This document shows positions 34,140-57,995 of a stretch of 64,000 bases of DNA, piece by piece. The notes beneath the pieces are model-generated. The model worked only from the letters and a program-made list of their open reading frames with translations. It was not told the DNA's origin and searched no databases. Origin of the DNA: Balanoglossus misakiensis (lineage: Eukaryota > Animalia > Hemichordata); assembly GCA_040954595.2 (NCBI GenBank), contig CM082587.2, positions 2,323,000 to 2,386,999 on the forward strand, given 5' to 3'. A program made the translations under genes and the position numbers. The number at the start of each line of letters is the position of its first letter. Positions within the stretch are counted from its first letter, which is position 1.

Positions 34140-34961
34140 ATGGCGACGGTAACGAGAACTGCTTCAAAAACCGTAACTGAATCGCGATCGGTAAGTCGTC
34201 ACTATGAATATCAGTGAAACGCTGTGTATGTTTTCATGTCGATTGTCGGTGTTTCAGTCATGTCAGTTTCAGGCGATCTGGGGGCTGCATACGCAGGATT
34301 CTAACACTAACAGCATAGCCGATCGCTGGTAACACACATGTATGATCACCATAATCTGTTGAACAGTATGTGAACAACAGTATGGGAGACAGATTGTTCA
34401 TTTTTCATATGCACACCTGCATTACCAATGGGAGTTGGCAGGTCAACAAGTCCCACGTACACCTTTGTAGACCACTGACTCTAACCTCAGGACTGTATAT
34501 TTGACCGAGCCCTACACTGGTGAAGTATTGGTTTGCTGAGTGAGGTGATACATTATACCGGTACCTTTTGTGTCCTATACTTAGCTATGTCATGTATTTT
34601 TCTTGTTCTAGCCTAATGTTACGTTAAAGCTCAGACCGCCAAAGTCCGACAAGAAAGTGAAGTGGGATCAGGGAACGGTTGATAATGAACATATGAACAA
34701 AAAGAAATCCAAATGTAAGTACATGTATCTGCAGTCATCTTTGTCATCATTCAACACTTCTAGGAAAATATGCTCAATTTTATATGGGTTTGTGTTATAG
34801 GTTGCTGTATCTATGAAAAACCGAGGATGTTCGGAGAGAGTTCATCAGAGGACAGCGATGACGAGTGCCATCATTGCAGGGGTCACAAGAAAACGTCAAA
34901 TCCAAAACCCGACGGATCTTCGAATCCAGACAGTGGACACGGAGAAAGTTCACCATCATAG
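34140..34961 (+). CDS. PPP1R11: Protein phosphatase 1 regulatory subunit 11 (inhibitor-3 / Ypi1); 3 exons
   Basis: Exons 34140-34190, 34612-34714, 34801-34961. '[36 protein letters not shown]' contains the RVxF/W PP1-docking motif and the CCC motif. Confidence 0.93.
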
Positions 34962-35317
34962 TGATAGGACTTTCAGGAGATGATATTTTATCAAATATTT
35001 ACATTTTGTGTAAGAAAGAGCTCTCATCTTTGCGTGATGCCTCGATAAACAGCTCTTCCCGTATTATGAGAACTTAACATAGACAGCTAGAACTAGGAAA
35101 GTCTGTCGACAGCTTCCATAGGTTAGAATAGCATACTATTAAATATCTGCAGCAAAAAAAATGGTGTTGAAATATTCTGGTCGTGCTCATTTAATTAACA
35201 TATTTATTTAAAAAAAAAGATGCCCCACTGAAAGCAGTAGTTCATTGGTAATATCCAGGCGAGCTGGTTGTCATGGTTTGGTACACACATGGATTCCCTG
35301 GCAACAGCATCTTTTTC

Positions 35318-36136
35318 CTAGGAATACTCTGATTCTTGAAATCTGGGAAGAAAGTTGAGAGAGAAAGGGAGTTATAGCTCAGAATTACTGGTATGAATGT
35401 CACATACTGTTAACATTGACCATATAGTCCTGGTAATGTAATAAAATTATTTACAAACCTGCATTTTGGACACATGTAGAAGACAGTCTGTCCTTCATCA
35501 GCTGATCTTGTTTGTTTTGTGTGGTATATCATGCTGTCGTTGCCACATTGACCGCATCTGTGATCTACCCTTGGTCCATTCAGTAAACTATCTATTACTT
35601 CTTCCGATGCCTTTGTTCTTTGTATTCTTGGGTTAAATTTCACTTCTGAAGTCATTGTTATGCCATCAAAATCTGTACATATGACATCAGAGTGGTATCA
35701 GAAGAATTTGGGTCTGGTACATCATGATCAGTATCTGACTAATGATATGCAGTACAATATTTACTGAATAAACAAATGCATTGTACAACAACTTGTGACT
35801 TCTATTCAATGTACACACCAGCAAGGTGAATAGTGTACTGCTTTGCTGTCAGTAGGTTGTTGGGGGAGGGGAGAGCCTGGTTTCCATGGAGACCAGTATG
35901 GAGCCCAGGCTGGGAGAGGGGGTTACCACACGTGAACTTCAACATGGTCGAAGTGTAATTGTATCGTGAATATCGGTCACTTTACCTGTAACATCAACTT
36001 TAAATTTGCAAGTTGGACACAAAACATAATCTTCGTGACCTGGAAGTGGCAGAATGGTCCCACATGTTGGACAAAACTCCAGATCACTTTCGAAATTCGT
36101 AGCATCACGTGCACGTTTGCTTCTGTGCGCCGCCAT
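35318..36136 (-). CDS. POLR1H: RNA polymerase I subunit RPA12 (ZNRD1); 3 exons
   Basis: N-terminal zinc ribbon FCPTCGTILP...CPTC; TFIIS-like C-terminal ribbon CGQCG...QTRSADEGQTVFYMCPKC; last exon RFQESEYS*. Confidence 0.93.
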
Positions 36137-36434
36137 GTTTGTTAGCGCCCTCTTTACGATATAAGTCAATCTTTTGTTTTCACCTCAAAGTTGCACAATA
36201 GCAAAATGTCCGCCACAGGGTACAAGATTGATCACATATTATCACTTATGCATGAATATAGACATTTATTCAGAGTATGACAAAAGTTCTAACTAATTTC
36301 TTTAATGTATACTGTATACATGTAGTCTTTTCATATGCACTCCAACTCAGTCATTGATCTTTTCCTAATGGCTATGATCTCCAAATCCCCGATTTTGAAG
36401 CACTGGACACAGCTGATGTGGGGACATTCTACAC

Positions 36435-41708
<5,274 letters not shown>

Positions 41709-42461
41709 ATTGCGTTAGAATCACTACAGATTACTGAGTTTCATGGAAGATATGCACGTGTGATAATGTAGAAAGATTGTTCACATATTACTCCCGTTAC
41801 TTCATCCAAATAAAAGTTAGCTCTCTAGTCAGCTGGGCAAACGTAAACACCACGTCTTGACTGCACCTGTGTCCCGTTAGTTGAAAAGCACCACAGCGAG
41901 GAGATTATCAGCGTAATGAGCAGTATCACCAATTACAGTTGATCTTTAGTGTGTTACCTACTATAAGTAAAAGCAAGCACAGGCTGCGATGCAATTACAG
42001 GTCGAATACAGCAGAAACACACTCGGGTCTGCACGTCTTCTGCACAACAGCGGCCATCTTCTTTTAGAAAGTGCGCCACCACACGAGCCTCCACTAAGTT
42101 TGATGACATCATTACAACCTCCTAACTCCCTAATCGTTGTATCCATAGCTGGGTTTTCAGGTTAAACATTTATCGACATATATTATGTTGGTTTCAGTGG
42201 AAGCGCAAACTTTTGAAGGCCCTAAATATCCCAACCTTATCACTATTTTAAGAAACGACTTTCCTAAATCAACTAAGCTACTTTTTTAAAAATTTCTATA
42301 AACTTAGAGGGTTCTTCTTATCAACAAGTTGTGACGTTGTACACACAGCAACAACAAATCGTTGAAGTTTGATTTCAGTACGGGCAGGTCTGCTGCAATC
42401 ATCATCGTTAGAACTAGTATACGCGGCGTTTTCCAGAATTTTGGACAGACTGTGCCTCAAA

Positions 42462-43357
42462 ATGACTCACCAAGGAGCAGCCCTTCAAAGTTATAATAAT
42501 GAATTAGTCAAATGTAAGTACTAGTACTCAGTTTTGATGAGCAAAACATAACAGTGGTGCTGTCAATATCATTGACCCAGGCGTGTGAACTGAAACCCAA
42601 CAAAATACCGTGGGATAATACTGTTTTGAGTTCTTGTGAAGATTTGACAGGGTACTATAATTTCAATATAGGTACAAGGTGCAAAATTGGCTGTGAAAAA
42701 TAAGCAAATCATTCAAATACACGTTTATTATTGTAAATGAGGTATAGTATAACAAGCCTGAACGTGTTGTCCCACAGACAAACTGGCATTATCTAAATGC
42801 TGTGTATGTGATATGTTTCTTCAGGTATTGAAGATCTATGTGCCAAGAGAGATGAACTTCACAAGCAGATTTTGAATGAGGAGGAAGAGAAACAAAAAAT
42901 CCAGAATGATCTGAGAATACTTTCCGAGAGATTGGCCAAAGTCAATGAAAGTCTAGCAAAGAAAATTGCCGCCAGGAATGAGTATGACAAGACCATAGCT
43001 GAAACAGAGGCTGCATATATGAAGGTAATGATTTGGTTGTCTGATTTCACTGTAATTGCCGGTTCCAAACTAATGTTAGCCTTGTCGAGAAATACAGTCG
43101 TACACCATGTGATGACAACCTTGAACTATTGAAAGGCATTTGACTCACAGCACACATAATTGTGATATTGTAATAATGCACTATTGTGTTTTTGTGTGTG
43201 TATTTCACCACTACTAATTGTGTCTGGAATGTTTTTTTGTCTCTGATTCCCCTAACAGATTATCGAGAGTTCACAAACATTACTCAACGTTTTAAACCGA
43301 GAATCGTCGGTCTTAAAAGACAAGGGTGTGCCGGCATTCAGCAACCTGCCATCATAA
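42462..43357 (+). CDS. SSNA1: Sjogren syndrome nuclear autoantigen 1 (NA14/DIP13), microtubule-binding coiled coil; 3 exons
   Basis: [29 protein letters not shown]...[24 protein letters not shown]; exons ~42462-42513, 42825-43024, 43259-43357. Confidence 0.94.
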
Positions 43358-43968
43358 AACATCACTTGATTGTGTGTTAGTAAACGTTCTTTATGCACCC
43401 ACACCACGTTGCAATAATACATTCTCATGTCAGTCAACAGTACCTGTATTTACACTATTTTGATTCCTGTCAGTTTTGACTCTCTCTATCATCCAAAAAT
43501 TTTACAGGAAACTTTGTATGTATGTTGACATGAGGATGTGTTGCAACACTATATGTATTGTACTTGTATTTCTGTGTCTTGACAAATAGCTCTGTTACTC
43601 TGATATTAACATTTTCTGTCTTCTGTTGCCCGTCACATTTCTCCTTTCCCACAGCTGGAGAGTAGACTTCCATATCCCAGCATGGACCTGGCAAATTGAA
43701 GCTGGCATGCGTACTGTGCTGTGGGGATTTCCATTATGTTCCATACCCATGCTTTATGAACTGTTAACAAAATTTTGAAAGTTTAGCCTAGTTGAACTAC
43801 GTGTAGTTTGCTAGTTAAATATACATATTTCCTAGTCTGTATATTGGTCGACTTTTGGAAATCCCCATTCATCCATGTAGTGCATGTAGTCTAGATGGTC
43901 ATACTTGTTGCCGATAGTCTCCTGTTATTGCAAAGTCCTCATTAATCATCTTACAGCTGGGAGTTAAA

Positions 43969-44052
43969 TTAACCCTCCTGGCTGCCAGTTCAGATTTGCT
44001 GTTTTATTTTCTGATCGAGACTGCAGCTGAACTGGACAGGCAGGAGGAATAA
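43969..44052. repeat. Short inverted-repeat element beginning TTAACCC (degenerate piggyBac-like mini-MITE) downstream of the SSNA1 stop
   Basis: ttaaccctcctggctgccagttcag ... ctgaactggacaggcaggaggaataa. Confidence 0.5.
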
Positions 44053-45694
44053 TCATTCCATTCTGTGTTCACGTGTAGTCAAGTCGCATGGTAGGAACAT
44101 ACTAATAATAGAACCTCTACCTGTGTAGCGACAAACAATACTTGCTTGTAAAGGGAGCCCTCTTGCATGCTTACAGTTAGTTAAGCGCTCTTGTGTAGAC
44201 ACCCAAGCCAGCTGTAAGTGAACACTTCAAAACGAGACTTTGCATTGACATGAGTACTTGAGTTGGCGATAATTATGACCGGTGAATTTATTTGCTTAGT
44301 TCAGTGTGCGACCTAACACGATGATCTGTCTCTTTCCCGCAGATTCTAGAGAGTTCGCAGACTTTATTGAACGTATTGAAACGTGAAGCTATGGTTATAG
44401 ACAAGACACAGACACCGCAAGCCACCAGTTCTACAACGCTGAGCAAATCTCGAGAACAGATGACATGAACTTGAATCCTGTACAAGCCCCCCTCCCCAAA
44501 GTCCAATCTGAAATCTGCAATCAAAACATTCCTGACTCCATCGGAATGACAAAGACAGGAAAGGAGTATTAAGTCAGACCTTCCAAAAATTGCAATAACA
44601 CTGTATCTTGTATATAGACTTCTTGTAAATCCAATTCCATGATTAACGGAACTAAACGCTTTGGTTTTCAAGCTACACAGACATGTACAGTTTAAACATC
44701 TTGTGACCAAATTTTTCTGACTTTTGGGGGAAAATATATATTTAAGAAAAATCCTGTAAATATATTTCTTTAATTGTGCAGACTTTGTAAGTGACTTATT
44801 TTGAGTTATACATGTACTTTCAGTATGATTTTTCAGTATGATTAAAATTCTGCGTAAGAAGTACCATTAATATACTAATCAGTTGTCTTTGTTGTGATTA
44901 TGAATTTATGTTTCATATCATACTGATTTTTTTTAAATTCCACAATAAAAAATATAGCCTTGATATTACATTACAGCCTCATCTGATGTGTTTGGGTGAA
45001 TGTGTGCGCATTGTATGTGATGTGTTTAACCTAAACTGTCAGCAGTTGCTCATACCCCAAGTGGATGTCGACAGTCTATGTTTTGGCTTCTGAATGACAT
45101 TGATGGTCACCAGGGGGTTAGGTGCAGAGGGGTAGGGCTGTTTGGGCTTTCTTACAAGTTATAATTAATATGTAAAGCACTGCCAATAATCCAATGAAAA
45201 TGCGCCCTCACCATGGTTTGAGGGCGCTATTTCCCCCCGGCTGTGGTGAAGGTCACCGAGGTAATGTACACACATCGTGTGAAGTACAGTAGTTGTTTGG
45301 TTTACTCATTTTCAAGACCGGGATTTTCGTTAAAAGGTGATATCTGCTGTAATATATTTCCCCCAGAGACTTGAGGTTTATTGAATCACAGAGAATGCAT
45401 TATGAGCTATGTAGGGTACAAGGTTAGAGGTCATGACACACTGCACCCCTGTGAGAAATTGACACTATTGATAGGGGTGATCTGCTACCTTGTGTGTTAG
45501 TGTGTTTGTCTGTGTATGTGTTTGTTAATGCATGACTTTTGAATGCAACCAAGAATCAATGAAGAGCTGTGTTTTGTGTTAATAAATAGCAGTGTGTATC
45601 TCTGTTGATTCTTTTTGTAAACACAAATATACAATGCCATCAAAAAATGACGTCTATTTCTCAACAGACTTTGAAAGGTTGTGTGAAAAGCAAC

Positions 45695-47063
45695 ATGTCC
45701 TCAGTTCGATTTATTCAACACCTGTATAGCACAAGACTTGCCCTGCAGCAGTGCAGAGTTTTAGCAAAGACCAGACTATGCAGGACACCGTATATGATCA
45801 ATTGGAAGTGGGCTATGCCTGCATTACTGCCAGTAAGATACTATGCAAAGAAAGGTAATGTATGTCCAGCACACACACACACACACACCATTCCTCAGAC
45901 TTCTATATAAAGAGATTTAGTATCAATATTTCACCTCAGTTTGTGCATAAGCGATAGATGGCTGCACTGAAAATTAAGGTCATAGTTCACACTTTACAGA
46001 TATTTGTGACATACTGTACTTGCAGGTAAGAAACATTCACCAAAAGTTGACGTGAACCATTCAGCCGATGAAGACGTCTTAGATTTACAGGAGGTCAAGG
46101 ACAAGATGCAAGTGGTGCTTGATCATCTTAAAGATGAATATGTGAAGAACTTGTCTGTGAGGACCTCACCAGGTGGGTATATGTTTAACTGTTGCAGTTA
46201 TAGGTTCCATAGCAACCACTCCTTGTGGTAGAGTTTCTGACTTGACATATAAATGGAGAGTATATCATACTGCATCATTCATTGTTTTGTCTGACACTTC
46301 GTTTCCGCAGGATCCTTGGACCACATCATTGTGACGACTAAAGATGGGAAGATTCCTCTCAATCAGCTGGGTCAGATCGCCATGAAATCAGCTCAGAAGT
46401 TTACCATCAACATGAGCAGTTATCCACAGGTATGTAACAGATGAATGCTGTCTATCCATTGTTTTCTATGGTAAGATTGGACCTCTATAGAGGGAACTGG
46501 GGGTGAAAGGGTTAAATCAGGTAGAAGTGGTTTGTTGCCAGCTCGAAGTAAAGGCATGGCTACATTATCTAAATTTACCTGATGGATTCTTTACAGGCAT
46601 TGAGTTCAGCTGTGAAAGCGATCTCAGAAAGTGGAATGAATTTAAACCCTCAGATGGAAGGGAATACCATTACTGTGCCAATACCCAAGTAAGTGATGTC
46701 ATTGTGAAAACTATTTGTAGAATAACGTTGCAACCAAGGACGTGGGATCCACATGAGGCAAAGTTTATCTTGAGGACTGCACTAGTGACTGTATGTGACT
46801 AACAGGTTTGATCTCATTTCAGAGTGACCAAGGAACATCGGGAGAGCCTTGCCAAGGCTGCCAAGGTTATGTGTGACAAGTCAAAGGTCAATCTTCGAAA
46901 TGTGAGGTCAAAGGTTATGAATGAGGTCAAGAAACACAAAGACCATTCTTCGAAGGACACCTTGAGACTGCTAGAAAAACAAATCCAGCAAATAACGGAC
47001 GATTTTAATGACAATGCAGAACGATTATTGTCAGCGAAAACCAAGGAACTTCTAGGAAAATAA
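45695..47063 (+). CDS. MRRF: Mitochondrial ribosome recycling factor; 5 coding exons
   Basis: Basic presequence-like N-terminus ending 'RYYAKKG', 'LSVRTSPGSLDHI', 'PLNQLGQI', 'SGMNLNPQMEG...VPIPKVTKEHRESLAK', C-terminal 'KTKELLGK*'. An alternative in-frame ATG exists at 45647. Confidence 0.9.
46459..46515. repeat. Dispersed repeat fragment ending GGGTTAA, copy 2, in an MRRF intron
   Basis: Matches 11181-11239. Confidence 0.7.
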
Positions 47064-47849
47064 AGAATTTGCATGACAACGTCCTGTAGATCGCGGGTGC
47101 AGTGGTTGGAAGTGAATGGCAAACATCAGTTGAATAGGTGGAATCAACTTGGAATTGAGAAATGAGTTTGAATGCGTGGCTTGCATGACTGAAAGCAGAA
47201 ATGATTGGAACAATTGCAGTATTTTCAACTTGTTGTTTGATTTAGTAAAATAAACATCATCATGGAATTCCTAAATTGTACCATTATTTTGTCACAGAGG
47301 TTTGAATAAAATGACCACTGTTTTAATACCGACTTGTGTGTCCACAACGTGTGTGCATTATTTGATTTCTTGTGTGTTTACTTCTATAAAAAAGCTTTGT
47401 TAAACCTCAGTGTGCACATATTTCAACTACCAACATATGTGAACACTGAATGCTTGATTTATTAAATTTTATTTAATGATACTGTCACTTTTAAACATAT
47501 GAGAGATATGTTAAACCTAAAGATGTACTTAGCCATTATATTAAAAAAGAATTTTAAACCTATGAGATTAATGTGAAAGCTGATTATAAGCTACCATTAA
47601 TTTTAGCAAAATATATCAAGAAATTTCCATATGAAATACTGAAGTTTTTAAAAGATTTTGGATCAGTGTTACTTCTGATCCAAGGAATCTGGATGTTCAG
47701 TTCAACAATCGATTGATGTGGAGACACTGTACTCTTGGTAACAACTGTGATCTGTAAGGTATCATTCTTGCTGATCTGTTCGTGACTTCCGAAGACAATG
47801 CCAGGATGTGTGACCTCTTGACCCGACGGTGCAACAGGCATCCAGACAT

Positions 47850-50856
<3,007 letters not shown>

Positions 50857-50882
50857 CTTGACCCAATGTAACACATACGGAA

Positions 50883-50898
50883 AGGTCAACGCAGGTCA
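50883..50898 (+). promoter_or_regulatory. Perfect DR4 nuclear-receptor element AGGTCA-ACGC-AGGTCA in the PHYHD1/PPT2 divergent promoter region
   Basis: Direct motif match; a perfect DR5 also lies at 50203-50219. Function is untested. Confidence 0.35.
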
Positions 50899-51231
50899 TT
50901 CGGGGTCCACTACACGTGTTTGTTACGTCATATGTACAAGGGACTCTTCTCCCACTAATTTCCTTGATTTTGTCATTCTCCTAGTAATTAACGCTCCTCA
51001 AAACCATAATGATTAAATAAAACAAAACTAGAACTACTCTAATCAACATTTGTCAGTCAAACTAAATACAAAACACTCTAATTTGACCGAGTTTTTTTTA
51101 GGATAGGATTGACACCCCCGAAGATCGACAGACACGCCCACCCAGTCGTGCGCCCCCACGGGGTGGTGTAAACAAACCGTGTCACTTTCAGGTCAGCTGA
51201 ATATAGCGGTCACATTACGTCCAAGATCACG

Positions 51232-53334
51232 ATGGGGCGGCCCAGTTTGGTGTGCCAAGTGGTATCACTGGCGATTGCGCTATCTTGTTTTCACGTCAGC
51301 GTCAATGCTGCTCCGTACAAACCCGTGATCGTCATACACGGACTTTTTGACGACCCAGCGGCGTTCAGTCAAATGACCCAGTTTATCGAAGAGGTAGGTG
51401 GAGAAAGTCACGATCAGTTGTTTATATATATAAAAATGTAACATATCCGCAAATATAGAGCATATAGAGTACTGTAATCAATAAAAGACGTGATCTGCCT
51501 CATCAAATGACAAGATTCTAACATATAACGGAATTCTGAAATGGTCCGATATAGTAGTAATGCGGATACAATAAAGGGAAGGGTTGGTCATGTGACCATC
51601 ACACCACTCATAATATGCAAATTGGGTGCTTTCTTCTTTGACAGGTGGTCCCATGTACATGTACATGTGCTTATAATTATTGAGACAAAATGGCATATGA
51701 TTTTTTCTGTCACGACATTTGAGCTATCACAAACTTCTGTGTCATTATCTGCAGGCTCATCCTGGAACGAATGTTACAATCATTGACCTATTTGATGATG
51801 TGGAAAGTTTGCTGTCGCTATGGAAACAAGTGGGGAATTTTACAAATGCCATCAGGCCCATCATGAAGGCATCTAAAGATGGCGTTCACATAATTTCATT
51901 CTCTCAGGGTGAGTAACTTCTCATTCCCTTGTGTCAAGCACTGACTCCAAACATGACAAATTTCTTGCTTTTAGACTATGAATAGCTAAGAACAGTAAAC
52001 ATCTTTCCATTTTTTTCAGGTGGTATCCTAGCAAGAGGTATAATATCCACAATGGATGATCATAATGTTCACAATTTTATTTCACTGTCTTCACCCCAAA
52101 TGGGTCAGTATGGAGGTAAGGAGATTTAACTAAGCATACATTAAACGTGACTGAATAGAATTTCTTTGATCGTGTCTTGCTGAATTAATCCCAAAATATT
52201 TTTATTTTCTAGATACCAGTTATCTGAAGTGGCTATTTCCAAAGTTATTGAAAGAAGAACTCTACAAGTAGGTAGAAGAAATGTCCCAAGCTAATTTTGT
52301 GAACTTACACATAATGGCATTGTTAATTACCTGTACTTGGTATATACATACATGAACAGAAACTATCAAATTCCAAAATAATGGTAAATATATATTTACA
52401 GCTTGACCTCTGATGTTTCTTTCAGAGTTTGTTACAAAGAGTATGGACAAGATATATCTGTTTGTCAGTACTGGAACGGTAGGTGAATATTCTGAATAAT
52501 TCATTGTTTCATTGATTTTGGATGATTGGGATGATTTTGGATATGTATGATATTCCACTTATTTTGTTCTGATATTTTGGCTGTTGTGGCCTCTTGCAGA
52601 TCCTCACCATCAAAAATTGTATGAAGAATATAACAACTACTTGGCAGTGTTAAACAATGACACTGTTGTGAACAATAGGAGTCAAGGTAAGAATTTGGAT
52701 GGAGTGTCTTAATTTACCTCACTCTTCAATCACCTGTCTCTTTCCTACCGTTTTATTTGCCAACTCCAGACTTTTCTGAGTGTGGCATTGCTAACATCTT
52801 GATATGTCTTTTTTTGTTCGTTTAGAATTCAAGGAAAATTTCTTGAAGATCAAGAACTTGATATTGATTGGTGGACCTGATGACGGTGTGATAACGCCAT
52901 GGCAGTCAAGGTGAATGTCACTTTCCACCTAAAAATAAATTGTGTAATAGACTTTTTCAGTTTCAGAAGTATATATTCTTATTTGTCATTAATTGATTTT
53001 GTATCTCTTCGTGGTTACAGCCATTTTGGTTTCTACAATGGTACAGAAACAGTTCTTGAAATGAAGCACCAAAAGGTACAGGAATTCTTCATATTTTAAA
53101 TTTGGTTAATGTGTTTGTGTGCACCAGACATGAACCTCGTATCAATCTTTAAGTCTCACATTGTTATGGGATCACTTCTCATTTCTACAGGTCTACACAA
53201 CGGACTCCTTCGGTCTCCAAACACTGGACAAGCGTGGCTCCATCAGGACGTATGTTGTTCCTGGAGTTGAACACGTGAATTGGCACAAGAATCAAACTGT
53301 CGTTAATAATACCATAATTCCCTGGTTAACTTGA
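51232..53334 (+). CDS. PPT2: Lysosomal thioesterase PPT2; ~9 exons
   Basis: Signal peptide, '[12 protein letters not shown]', nucleophile elbow 'SFSQGG', '[15 protein letters not shown]', 'YWNDPHH', '[21 protein letters not shown]', 'GVEHVNWH', ending 'IIPWLT*'. Confidence 0.93.
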
Positions 53335-54017
53335 TGTCAGTGTGTTCGAGCAGGGAAAACATCAGTGAACAACTCAGCCATTTATCAGCCAGTTGGGTTT
53401 TCTGTGATCTTCCAAATCCCCCTTGTAATCCCACTTCAGCCAACATTCCTCCAAAAATTTACAGATCGAGTTTAAAAACCTTGCGCCTTTTTAATGCAAG
53501 GAATTTAATGTAATGTGTCAGTTGTTTGCTGATTTGTTTAACGCATTTTGAGAGGGTGAGACAGATATGCTGCATAATGTTATGATTTTGCTGTATTTTT
53601 TTTTGTTCATTTTGTTTCAGAGCTTTTCATGTAACCATAGGTGTCAAATGCTGCAAGAAAAAATATGAGAAGCTTTGGTTTTTCATTTCCAGTTTGAGTA
53701 TATAATATATTATGCAGATAGGTGCTTTTATTTATTGATAACACTGTAAATGAGAACTTTTAATGTATGTCCATTCTTGTTTCAATGGATTTTCAGATAC
53801 TTTTAAAGAACAAATGAGATGGTATACTATTGCCGTTATATGCAATTTTTGTACTTGTATATTGGAATAAATAAAAGCATCGCAAAGCTTTTGCTTTTTT
53901 GACAAACATTGCCGATGTTTTGACCTTCTGTGCCGAGGGACCATGATAAAGGTAAAATCTTTATCATGTCATTTGTTATCATGTATAAAATAAAACTTGT
54001 TCTTGGACCCCAATGCC

Positions 54018-54103
54018 CAATCTGATTAAAATCAGATGTAGGGAACGGCGACGTGGTTTTTTGATGCTGTCGCTGTTCCCTACATCTGATTTTAATCAGA
54101 TTG
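54018..54103. mobile_element. 86-bp foldback element with 9-bp target-site duplication (Mutator-like MITE?)
   Basis: 35-bp inverted arms with one mismatch and a 16-nt spacer; CCCAATGCC is directly repeated at 54009-54017 and 54104-54112. Confidence 0.8.
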
Positions 54104-56074
54104 CCCAATGCCCTGCCAACACACACACATTTGTTCATCATTGGCAACAATCAATACTTCCCCACCTCGCCCTAGCCTAGTCCCCAACAGCTGATTTTCC
54201 CATTACAGTCATGTTGTCCCGGAAACGTAAACCAAAAGACAAATTGATGTCATGGATAGCAATTTTATTTGAGAAACTGTATGTCCACAAACACCACTGT
54301 TACAATTAACAACTGGGTCTTCCTGAGTGGAAACAGCTTCCGATAAAACAACTCTGTACTCACAAGGGAAAAAAATAATAAAACAGACCACAAAAACAAT
54401 ATTAATTTATCATATCTTACAAAGCTGACAAAAAAAGAATGAAAACCCTGCATGAAAAGGGGGTCAGAGCACATCTGTTTGTGGGACGTACTCTGTTACT
54501 AAAGTCTTCGGAAATAGACCTCTATGATTGGAGGAACTTTGTAAACAAACAGATGTGGTGACCTCTGACCTCCTTGTTTTACTCTATTTACAAAGACAAC
54601 ACGTAACAAACACAAAGTGCAATAGACAAAAACGTTTCCATCGATCTTTGTGAAATTCATAAATACATGAAAATGGCAAGTCATCTTTGTTCACGGTCAC
54701 TCTATCCTATTGCCGTCTGATGGGTCAAAAATGTCCAAATAGTTTGTACAAACAGTACATGGTATGTACTGTCATGGTTTAAAAACAAACCCCCAAAACG
54801 GTATATACTGTGCCCAGTAGAAATCAACTGGGCAAACACTTGTGGAGGGATATTACTGAAAATAGGAATCCTTGCATCTTTCTGACAACCTTACTACCGT
54901 TGTAGATTAGACCAGTCTAATTTGTGGGGTTTTGGATGTGGAAAACACAAAAATGAATCTTGCGTGATAATCGTATGCTGACTCATTGCCATGAAATAGA
55001 AGTGAATTTTATACCACAACATTATCTACATAGGGGTGGCCAGATGAAGATTAAAAGGACACATTTATCTCCAGTTCAAGATCATACCATTCTGTATAGG
55101 GGTGGGCATATGTGTGGATGGGTGGTCAATTTTTTTATGTACTGAAGAAGAGATAGTTGATTGCCATTCCAAAACTAAAATCCAATCAAAATAGATTTAT
55201 ATCGAAGATGAAAGTTTCTTATTAAAGCTTTAAGTTACTGTACATATATTATCTAGCCTTTTAAGTATTGCACATGTTTGGGTTGAAAGGAGCTAGATAA
55301 TTTCCAAACTGCAGACTTATCTGGTTTTTATTCCTCTTTTGAAATCAAGCAAGGAATTATAATTTTTATCTAAACTTCAACCCTCCTGAAAGAAGGCTGA
55401 AGTGAATCTTCAGAATTGAAGACAAATATCTGTGACACGTAAAATTGTGTTGAGGATGGACTTTGTGTACTTTTTAGAGTTTGCGGAGCGCGATTATAGC
55501 GACAGAGTTTGGGAGGGAAAAGAAAATATCAGCATCGGGTAATATCTGAGTCATGTTTTGCATATTACAAGCAAGTGATCCATAGTCAAGACAATTTTAC
55601 AATTAAGTACAAAAAAACCACACAGCACAGACATCAAGACATTATAATCATTACACGTAATAATTTAAAAGTACAAATAGTGTGATTTTTTTTCTTTGGA
55701 TTTCAGCCAGTTCTCTCTAAAGAATCATGAGAATATACACTACGTTTTTTATTTTGTGATATGTAAGGATGGACAGCTATAAGTAATAAAGCCCAGGTAT
55801 TTTTTTGACATTCAAAATGATGTAAAAGTTTTTTCACACGGATTTTGAATATTTCAAATGTGCCGGTTGGTGATAAAAATCTAAAATTTACATTTTTTTC
55901 TGCTAAAGTTAAAATAAATATAAATATTTTCTGTGCTTATCAAGAATGAAATGGGGAGGGAAAAGATGGCAAATATTGTTTTGAAAATGTAACTGGCAGA
56001 TGATTGACTGATACACAAAATACTGAAATTGATCGCTCTCTCAGTGTCTCTGAATTTTTTTCTCCGGTTGAAAA

Positions 56075-57995
<1,921 letters not shown>

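Noticed and set aside
35874-35912. AGCCTGG...CCAGGCT short inverted repeat in a POLR1H intron
   Set aside because: Arms of only 7 bp and no target-site duplication; too weak to call.
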